DNA of 64,000 nt. It comes from an uncultured virus (IMG/VR IMGVR_UViG_3300042519_001519). Taxonomy: Duplodnaviria > Heunggongvirae > Uroviricota > Caudoviricetes. A program made the position numbers and the translations under genes. Below, piece by piece: positions 39,388-44,923 of the stretch. Each line of letters begins with the position of its first letter. The stretch's first letter is position 1. The DNA lies in IMG/VR virus record IMGVR_UViG_3300042519_001519, positions 1 to 64,000 of that record; one strand, given 5' to 3'. The notes beneath the pieces are model-generated. The model saw only the letters and a list, made by a program, of their open reading frames with translations. It had not been told where the DNA came from and searched no databases.

Positions 39388-39879
39388 ATTAAAAAACTAT
39401 TATACATAATATATTTCATCCCATTACTATGCTATTCTCAGAATATCATAATAGGAGACTCACAAACACCTTACATTGATAAAAATTCAAATAAGGTAGA
39501 AAAAGTAAGCTCTTTATGGAAGGGAGGGATAGGAGTTGATAAATTGACCTCAATGGTTTCAAATTATAAAACATCTCCTAAAGTAAAAAATATAATTTTA
39601 TGTATAGGAACAAATAACAATTTCCGAACAGGAAATATTAAAGAATTATTCAAAGCAGTAAAGAAAACTTTTCCAAATGCTACCATTTATGTAATAAAAG
39701 GATCATGGGGTTGGGGAGGAAACAAAAGAATAACAGAAGAAAAAGTAAATAATTATTACAAACAATACGAAAAAGAAGGAGGAATCATAATAAATCCAGC
39801 AATAGGAAGAAATGAACCTCACCAGAATTTAACAGTTTATAAAACAATAGGACAACAATTGGATAATATTTTAAAATAA
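39388..39879 (+). CDS. Secreted SGNH/GDSL-like hydrolase with no canonical start (ATT start or pseudogene)
   Basis: In-frame extension of 39544..39879: IKKLLYIIYFIPLLCYS/Q signal, IIIGDS, IGTNN, EPH. Confidence 0.65.
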   Translation: MKKLLYIIYFIPLLCYSQNIIIGDSQTPYIDKNSNKVEKVSSLWKGGIGVDKLTSMVSNYKTSPKVKNIILCIGTNNNFRTGNIKELFKAVKKTFPNATIYVIKGSWGWGGNKRITEEKVNNYYKQYEKEGGIIINPAIGRNEPHQNLTVYKTIGQQLDNILK

Positions 39880-39891
39880 TTTATTTAATAG

Positions 39892-39922
39892 TTGGTTTGG
39901 AAAGGAAAAGTTCATATATTTA
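39892..39922 (+). promoter_or_regulatory. Promoter upstream of the leader peptide
   Basis: TTG-N20-TATATTTA. Confidence 0.7.
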
Positions 39923-39940
39923 TATATAGAAACAAATAAA

Positions 39941-40081
39941 ATGAAAGCACAACAAAACATACATCAACTTAATCTTACAGCGCAGAGAGCCATTAGTATA
40001 TGGTCGGATTCGTTATGTGGAGATGTGATTGTAGGCTTTACGTATAATAACGAACCGAAAAAAGGCAAGACCGGGGTATGA
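39941..40081 (+). CDS. 46-aa putative attenuator leader peptide (not in the ORF track)
   Basis: MKAQQNIHQLNLTAQRAISIWSDSLCGDVIVGFTYNNEPKKGKTGV; A-rich start context; contains all 20 amino acids. Confidence 0.65.
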   Translation: MKAQQNIHQLNLTAQRAISIWSDSLCGDVIVGFTYNNEPKKGKTGV

Positions 40082-40114
40082 TATAATTAACTTATACATA
40101 TAAATTCTAATAAG

Positions 40115-40152
40115 AACCCGGATCAAATAAAAAAGATTCGGGTTTTTTATTT
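40115..40152 (+). terminator. Intrinsic terminator (candidate attenuator)
   Basis: AACCCGGATC-loop-GATTCGGGTT plus TTTTATTT. Confidence 0.85.
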
Positions 40153-40160
40153 AAAAAAAG

Positions 40161-40191
40161 TTGCTAGAAAGAATTAAAGATCGTATCTTTA
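40161..40191 (+). promoter_or_regulatory. Promoter directly upstream of the tRNA array
   Basis: TTG-N20-TATCTTTA. Confidence 0.7.
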
Positions 40192-40213
40192 GGTATATAA
40201 ATAAAGAATAAGA

Positions 40214-40229
40214 GTTCATTGACATATTG
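40214..40229 (+). promoter_or_regulatory. boxA-like antitermination element
   Basis: GTTCATTGACATATTG resembles rrn boxA (GYTCTTTAACA); lies between the promoter and the first tRNA. Confidence 0.55.
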
Positions 40230-40241
40230 GATAAAGCATAA

Positions 40242-40325
40242 GGAAGGCGGCCGAATGGACGAGGAGCTTGTCTTGAAAACAAGTAGCGGGTAACACCGTT
40301 GTGGGTTCGATTCCCATGTCTTCCT
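40242..40325 (+). tRNA. tRNA-Ser(TGA)
   Basis: Cloverleaf; CTTGT-CTTGAAA-ACAAG; long variable arm. Confidence 0.9.
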
Positions 40326-40331
40326 CAATAT

Positions 40332-40403
40332 TGGCTTATAGTGTAACGGTTAGCACAAAACACTTTGACTGTTTTAGTCTAGGTTCGAATCCTAGTAAGC
40401 CAA
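40332..40403 (+). tRNA. tRNA-Gln(TTG)
   Basis: AAACA-CTTTGAC-TGTTT; canonical T-arm. Confidence 0.92.
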
Positions 40404-40412
40404 CAATAATTT

Positions 40413-40488
40413 CGGGTAGTAGAGGAGTCTGGTTTATCTCGCTGGCCTTGGACGCTAGAGCACGCAGGTTCGAATCCTGCTTACCCGA
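40413..40488 (+). tRNA. tRNA-Pro(TGG)
   Basis: CTGGC-CTTGGAC-GCTAG. Confidence 0.92.
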
Positions 40489-40494
40489 CGAATT

Positions 40495-40566
40495 GCCCCT
40501 ATAACTTAACGGCTAAAGTACTATACTTTTAATATAGGAATCCAAGTTCGATTCTTGGTGGGGGTA
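40495..40566 (+). tRNA. tRNA-Lys(TTT)
   Basis: CTATA-CTTTTAA-TATAG. Confidence 0.9.
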
Positions 40567-40571
40567 CAAAA

Positions 40572-40667
40572 GCTACATACACAACCTTACAATCTCTCAG
40601 TTAAAAGCTGTTGTAAGATCAAGTAATAAGCCAATATGCTTGTTAGTTGTGATCAGGTGTAGCACCA
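40572..40667 (+). ncRNA. Non-tRNA structured RNA with an acceptor-like stem and ACCA end
   Basis: GCTACAT/GTGTAGC+ACCA; CACAAC/GTTGTG; CTTACAA/TTGTAAG; TAATAAGC/GCTTGTTA. Confidence 0.65.
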
Positions 40668-40738
40668 GCCTCGTTGGCGTAATGGGAGCGTATTTCTTTT
40701 ACATGGAAATGGCAGTAGTTCGATTCTACTACGAGGTA
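40668..40738 (+). tRNA. tRNA-Val(TAC)
   Basis: TTTCT-TTTACAT-GGAAA; full cloverleaf. Confidence 0.85.
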
Positions 40739-40837
40739 CAAAATTCTGGGTAGCAAGTAAAATACCGGCAAGTATTTTCAAGTCTATATGGAGTCTATTA
40801 TGAGTTATTAATTTGCCGATGAAAGCTTGTTATAGTT

Positions 40838-40909
40838 TCGTTCTTGGTAGATTGGTGACTACGCTGCCCGCGGAGGGTGGAGAAGCAGGTTCGATTCCTG
40901 TAGAATGAT
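40838..40909 (+). tRNA. Atypical tRNA, anticodon CGG (Pro?), with G at position 33
   Basis: TCGTTCT/AGAATGA; GTAG/CTAC; CTGCC-CGCGGAG-GGTGG; canonical T-arm. Confidence 0.6.
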
Positions 40910-40915
40910 CAAATT

Positions 40916-40996
40916 GGGATGCTTCAGTCACTGGTGTGATAAGCGGTCTGTAAAATCGTTCTGTAAGAAGGTGTGGTTCGATTCCACAGTGTCCCA
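40916..40996 (+). tRNA. tRNA-Tyr(GTA)
   Basis: GCGGT-CTGTAAA-ATCGT; variable arm. Confidence 0.85.
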
Positions 40997-41058
40997 CAAA
41001 TATGGAATAACATCGCTCCCGTAATGCCATGGCTTGTATACGAGTGACGGGAGACAAT

Positions 41059-41131
41059 GGACCTTTGGTATAGCTGGTGCGTACGCTAGTCTGAAGAACT
41101 AGAGGAGTAGGTTCGATTCCTACAGGGTCCA
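41059..41131 (+). tRNA. tRNA-Phe(GAA)
   Basis: CTAGT-CTGAAGA-ACTAG. Confidence 0.92.
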
Positions 41132-41133
41132 CG

Positions 41134-41208
41134 AAGTAGAGAGGTATGGGTTCGAGTCCCATCCGGGCCGTTAGCGGCGCGGTAGTATAACGGTAGTAAC
41201 GCTTTCTT
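41134..41208 (+). ncRNA. Circularly permuted tRNA-like element (YrlA/Y-RNA-like topology)
   Basis: T-arm first, then acceptor stem closed by a TTAG loop, then D-arm; termini pair AAG-T-AGAG/CTTT-CTT. Confidence 0.7.
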
Positions 41209-41280
41209 GGGTTTGTCGTATAACGGCTATTACGGATGACTGTTAATCATCTTATGAAGGTTCGATTCCTTCCAGGCCCG
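41209..41280 (+). tRNA. tRNA-Asn(GTT)
   Basis: GATGA-CTGTTAA-TCATC. Confidence 0.92.
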
Positions 41281-41286
41281 CAAAAT

Positions 41287-41360
41287 AGGTAATTAGCTCA
41301 ATTGGTTAGAGCACTCGCCTGATACGTGAGAGGTTATAGGTTCGATTCCTATATTACCTA
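41287..41360 (+). tRNA. tRNA-Ile(GAT)
   Basis: CTCGC-CTGATAC-GTGAG. Confidence 0.92.
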
Positions 41361-41365
41361 CAAAG

Positions 41366-41448
41366 GGAAAGTAAATCAACTAGGAGTTGAGACCGCTTGC
41401 TAAGCGTATCGTGCCTTCGGGCATGGGGTTCGATACCTCTGCTTTCCT
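41366..41448 (+). tRNA. tRNA-Ser(GCT)
   Basis: TTGCTAA loop; GTGCC-TTCG-GGCAT variable arm; some mismatches. Confidence 0.8.
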
Positions 41449-41579
41449 CAAAAAAACCTCCTCACCGTCCTCACAACGCATCTAAGGAATGCAGGAGAAG
41501 GAAGTACGAACGGGGCCCCGTGGTAAGACACATTAAAATCAGATAGTACAGCGATAGGGTAAGAGGTTCCCTATCAACT

Positions 41580-41648
41580 ACCGACTTGATCTAGGATCGA
41601 GAATATCTCATAAGTATTCTCAGACAAGAGCGTAACTTGTAGTCGGTA
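41580..41648 (+). tRNA. Atypical tRNA(CAT) with a minimal D-arm and non-canonical T-loop
   Basis: ACCGACT/AGTCGGT; GAATAT-CTCATAA-GTATTC; ACAAG-AGCGTAA-CTTGT. Confidence 0.6.
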
Positions 41649-41765
41649 CTAAATTATATGGGTAGGTAGGAAGTTAAGAAACGTTTCTCAAAAAACGACT
41701 TAATGAGGTAAAGCGTTAGAGTAGTAAAATTGAGTAAGCGTTATTAAAGTAGTATAATTTTATAT

Positions 41766-41837
41766 GGTGTTCGAAGCTTTTTAGTGAAGCGCAAGACTGT
41801 GAATCTTGAGAAGACGGGGCGGTACCGTCCTTACACC
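41766..41837 (+). tRNA. tRNA-His(GTG), divergent
   Basis: CAAGA-CTGTGAA-TCTTG; G-1/C73; T-loop GGCGGTA and two acceptor mismatches. Confidence 0.75.
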
Positions 41838-41843
41838 CAACAT

Positions 41844-41923
41844 GCCTCTGTGGTGAAATAGGTAAACACACCAGGCTTAAAACTTGGCGCTCAGGCTTGC
41901 TGGTTCGACTCCAGTCAGGGGTA
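41844..41923 (+). tRNA. tRNA-Leu(TAA)
   Basis: CCAGG-CTTAAAA-CTTGG; variable arm. Confidence 0.9.
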
Positions 41924-42012
41924 CAAAAAAATCGCTGATGTCCTCTTTAATTGTTCGACATTGAAGATGTGTAATGATATAAACATCGTAGGTTAAGCGA
42001 TATCCTACAACT

Positions 42013-42084
42013 GGTCTTATAGTTTAATTGGAAAAACTTATCGCTACGAACGATAGAACGTAGGTTCGACTCCTACTAAGACCT
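42013..42084 (+). tRNA. tRNA-Arg(ACG)
   Basis: TATCG-CTACGAA-CGATA. Confidence 0.92.
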
Positions 42085-42244
42085 CAAAATATAATTACAA
42101 AGCGTAGGTAAGAAGACGTGGAGAGACGTTGCGCAAGGGTACACACTAAGGATAAGTATTTATACTCAACTCTCTAAGGGTGTGTGAAGCACTAAGAAAT
42201 TAGATCCCAGATTCCTGATAAAACTTACTAATTATATTTTAACC

Positions 42245-42316
42245 GCCCTATTAGTTAAACGGATATAACGAATCTCTTCTAAAGATTAATTCTAGGTTCG
42301 ATTCCTGGATGGGGTA
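42245..42316 (+). tRNA. tRNA-Arg(TCT)
   Basis: AATCT-CTTCTAA-AGATT. Confidence 0.92.
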
Positions 42317-42322
42317 CAACAA

Positions 42323-42393
42323 GCGGGTCACAGACAAGGTGTCGGTACGGTCTCCAAAACTGCTACGGGTAGGTTCGATTCCTACGGTCTGCG
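42323..42393 (+). tRNA. tRNA-Trp(CCA), short D-arm
   Basis: CGGT-CTCCAAA-ACTG; canonical T-arm. Confidence 0.8.
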
Positions 42394-42460
42394 CAAAATT
42401 ATTAATTATGAAAAAGAAATTCGATGCTCATTAGGTTTATTAACCTAAAATTTGAGCAAG

Positions 42461-42643
42461 ATGAGAATCAAAAACTATACTCAGAAAGAGTATAAAAAAG
42501 AAAAAAGAAAACAATCCAAAGATGGTGGAATGTGGTTTGAAGACTATTGGAGTAAATGTAAATCCGGAATATGGGCCTTCAAGTACAGAGAGTACCGTAC
42601 TTGGAAGTACAACAGAAAAACACAGTATAAACCTTTAAATTAA
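42461..42643 (+). CDS. Small basic hypothetical protein
   Basis: Lys/Arg/Trp-rich; ends RTWKYNRKTQYK. Confidence 0.5.
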   Translation: MRIKNYTQKEYKKEKRKQSKDGGMWFEDYWSKCKSGIWAFKYREYRTWKYNRKTQYKPLN

Positions 42644-42648
42644 AAATC

Positions 42649-43155
42649 ATGAGTAAGTATCAAAAAGCACTAGTAGTGGATGCAAGCTTTACAGCAAGAT
42701 CAGTTATAAGTACCGAACGAGCGTTCGTGATTTTTTATAAGGGTAATGCTGAAGTAGTAGCAGAGCATCCAGAAACATTTAGTTTAATTAATCCTGAACT
42801 AACCATTTACAAACCTTCTATTATTAGAGTAGCTAAGTATGTAAAACAAAACATTCAAAAAGTACCTCTAACAAGAGAGAATATTTACCGAAGAGATAAT
42901 TATGAATGTGTTTATTGTGGTAGTTCAAATCAAAGAATATTAACACTTGACCATGTTATCCCTCAATCAAAAGGAGGAAAAGATGCTTGGGATAATTTAG
43001 TAACAGCTTGTAGACCATGTAATCATGAGAAAGCAGATTTAACATTAGAGGAATATGGTAAGGAAATTCCAGAACCAAAAAGACCTCATTATTTAATGTT
43101 AATGAGAAGTATGACATACATACCTAAAGAATGGGAAACATTTTTATTCTTTTAA
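42649..43155 (+). CDS. HNH endonuclease inside the tRNA array
   Basis: RDNYECVYCG...LTLDHVIPQSKGG...NLVTACRPCNHEK. Confidence 0.93.
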   Translation: MSKYQKALVVDASFTARSVISTERAFVIFYKGNAEVVAEHPETFSLINPELTIYKPSIIRVAKYVKQNIQKVPLTRENIYRRDNYECVYCGSSNQRILTLDHVIPQSKGGKDAWDNLVTACRPCNHEKADLTLEEYGKEIPEPKRPHYLMLMRSMTYIPKEWETFLFF

Positions 43156-43158
43156 ATA

Positions 43159-43314
43159 ATGGAAGAGTGGAAGCCAGGATATTATGATAAATGGGAGAAT
43201 TTTATTCCTTATGATAAAAAATGGTATTGTAATGAAAATAAAAGAATCCATCAATCAGAAAAGGAAAAAAATAATTGTAAGTATTGCAATAAAGGTTTGG
43301 AAAACCAGAAATAG
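43159..43314 (+). CDS. 51-aa possible Zn-binding peptide (not in the ORF track)
   Basis: C-x6-H-x8-C-x2-C spacing. Confidence 0.4.
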   Translation: MEEWKPGYYDKWENFIPYDKKWYCNENKRIHQSEKEKNNCKYCNKGLENQK

Positions 43315-43327
43315 TTTCATATATTAA
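43297..43327 (+). promoter_or_regulatory. Internal promoter for the second half of the tRNA array
   Basis: TTG-N20-TATATTAA. Confidence 0.7.
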
Positions 43328-43424
43328 GGTATAAGAAAGTAAAATATATCACCTACTACAAAACGGCGCGCGAAACAATAGAATCCCGACTTGTACTGTC
43401 TGGAAGGTCAGGCTAGGTGAAAAT

Positions 43425-43495
43425 GGGCAGTTGGCCGATTGGTTAGGCACAGGATTGCAAACTCTGTTAGGTTGGTTCGATTCCAACACTGCCCT
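43425..43495 (+). tRNA. tRNA-Cys(GCA)
   Basis: TTGCAAA loop; U73. Confidence 0.88.
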
Positions 43496-43590
43496 CATTT
43501 AAGGTTCGACCCTCTACCAAATGTGTTACACCCACAAATGGACAACGAGAGGGAGCTACCGATTGATAAGTGGCCGCACATGCGGCAAAT

Positions 43591-43664
43591 GCCCGAGTGG
43601 TGGAATTGGCAGACACGGCGGCCTTAGAAGTCGTAAACTGAGAGTTCGAGTCTCTCCTTGGGTA
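43591..43664 (+). tRNA. tRNA-Leu(TAG) lacking the long variable arm
   Basis: GCGGC-CTTAGAA-GTCGT; Leu-type D-loop; 5-nt variable region. Confidence 0.85.
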
Positions 43665-43668
43665 CAAA

Positions 43669-43735
43669 TTAGAGTTAGCTTATAGTAAAGCAGCAGGGGC
43701 TAACCTGCAGAACGGATACGAAAACCGGCTCTAAT
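43669..43735 (+). ncRNA. Degenerate tRNA-like element (6-nt loop GGCTAA, aberrant T-arm)
   Basis: TTAGAGT/GCTCTAA; GCTT/AAGC; GCAGG/CCTGC; CGG/CCG. Confidence 0.55.
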
Positions 43736-43740
43736 TATCT

Positions 43741-43814
43741 GCTTCTGACGCACAAATGGTGGTGCACCGGATTTGTAACCCAGAATAGAGTCGGTTCGAT
43801 CCCGTCCAGAAGCT
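43741..43814 (+). tRNA. tRNA-Thr(TGT), mismatched anticodon stem
   Basis: GCTTCTG/CAGAAGC; TTTGTAA loop. Confidence 0.7.
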
Positions 43815-43819
43815 CAACT

Positions 43820-43891
43820 GCGACTATCGTATAATGGTCATTACTTCAGACTTCCAATCTGAAGATGAGAGTTCGATTCTCTCTAGTCGCT
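43820..43891 (+). tRNA. tRNA-Gly(TCC)
   Basis: TCAGA-CTTCCAA-TCTGA. Confidence 0.93.
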
Positions 43892-43942
43892 CAGGGGTGT
43901 GTAGGAGCCCAAGAGTATGTGATGAGCATACGCCTACAATTT

Positions 43943-44014
43943 GCTGCCATCGTCTAACGGCTAGGACCTATGGTTTTCATCCATAAAATCGGAGTTCGAT
44001 TCTCCGTGGCAGTA
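43943..44014 (+). tRNA. tRNA-Glu(TTC)
   Basis: TATGG-TTTTCAT-CCATA. Confidence 0.92.
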
Positions 44015-44019
44015 CAAAA

Positions 44020-44091
44020 GGGGCTATAGTGAAATTGGCATCACGATAGATTTGCATTCTGTTATTCCGGGTTCGAATCCCGGTAGCTCCA
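44020..44091 (+). tRNA. tRNA-Ala(TGC)
   Basis: TTTGCAT loop; G3-U70 pair. Confidence 0.93.
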
Positions 44092-44096
44092 CAAAA

Positions 44097-44168
44097 GGTC
44101 TATTCGTTCAACGGCTAGGATACTACCCTGTCACGGTAGGGATGAGAGTTCGATTCTCTCATAGACCG
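44097..44168 (+). tRNA. tRNA-Asp(GTC)
   Basis: CTACC-CTGTCAC-GGTAG; G73. Confidence 0.93.
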
Positions 44169-44177
44169 CTTATAAAC

Positions 44178-44247
44178 TGCGTTAAAGTGTAAAGGTTGCA
44201 TCCCGGTCTCATAAGCCGGGGGGGTGGTTCGAGTCCACGCTACGCTA
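44178..44247 (+). tRNA. tRNA(CAT), initiator-like
   Basis: CCGGT-CTCATAA-GCCGG; 1:72 mismatch. Confidence 0.7.
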
Positions 44248-44253
44248 CAAATT

Positions 44254-44327
44254 GTCCTTTTAGCTCAGATGGTGAGAGCAGCTCGCTCATAACGAGAAGG
44301 TCACAGGTTCGAGCCCTGTATAGGACA
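44254..44327 (+). tRNA. tRNA(CAT), elongator Met or Ile2
   Basis: CTCG-CTCATAA-CGAG; canonical D and T arms. Confidence 0.85.
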
Positions 44328-44391
44328 CTAAATTTTATCCACTATGAGGTCAATTCCTTCGTCTCCAATGTAGGTTAGCTATTGCTAACTT

Positions 44392-44625
44392 ATGACTCAG
44401 AAATTGAGAATTTGGAGAGTAGTCCCAACCAGCATGACTGGTGTTCAGGCTCCCACGTTTTTTGTAGAAACTACAGAAAATGGTAGAGAAGAAGCAGAAA
44501 AATCTGCAAACCTACAAGCAAGACAAAAATCTCGCTTGGGTAAGTTTAACAATTGGTATTTTGATTTAACAAGAATGAATGTCAGAGTAGACAGACATGG
44601 GAGGTATATCAAACATCACCAATAA
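44392..44625 (+). CDS. Hypothetical protein
   Basis: ORF after the tRNA array. Confidence 0.55.
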   Translation: MTQKLRIWRVVPTSMTGVQAPTFFVETTENGREEAEKSANLQARQKSRLGKFNNWYFDLTRMNVRVDRHGRYIKHHQ

Positions 44626-44692
44626 GAAATATTCGGAGAAAGGTTTGGAAACCTGAACCTTTCTTCTTATATTAAATAAAAATAAAGGTAAT

Positions 44693-44908
44693 ATGGTCTG
44701 GTCTGTATTTAGTATTGAAGTAAAAGAGCAATTAGCATGGACAATACATACTAGACTATTTATGGGCGATCTATCTAATATAGATCTTACAACAGATTGG
44801 AGATTTTGTGATGTTAAAGGAAAAAGAAGGAATTGTATATTCTTAGGTTTTATTGACAACCCAGAATTTCCATTAAAAGAACCAATAAAAACATATAGAA
44901 ATAATTAA
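44693..44908 (+). CDS. Hypothetical protein
   Basis: ORF after the promoter at 44645-44675. Confidence 0.5.
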   Translation: MVWSVFSIEVKEQLAWTIHTRLFMGDLSNIDLTTDWRFCDVKGKRRNCIFLGFIDNPEFPLKEPIKTYRNN

Positions 44909-44923
44909 ATAAAAATCATAGTT

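Noticed and set aside
41935..41966. Hammerhead ribozyme core
   Set aside because: Reads CTGATGT...GAAG rather than CTGANGA...GAAA, and the stems do not fit
43669..43735. Amber suppressor tRNA implying TAG recoding
   Set aside because: Loop is 6 nt without U33 and the T-arm is broken; long genes are intact in the standard code and TAG ends several ordinary genes
40301..44378. ORFs 40301..40504, 40830..41162, 43439..43627, 43467..43667 and 44196..44378
   Set aside because: They overlap clear tRNA cloverleaves; translations such as GIEP and RFES are typical tRNA artefacts
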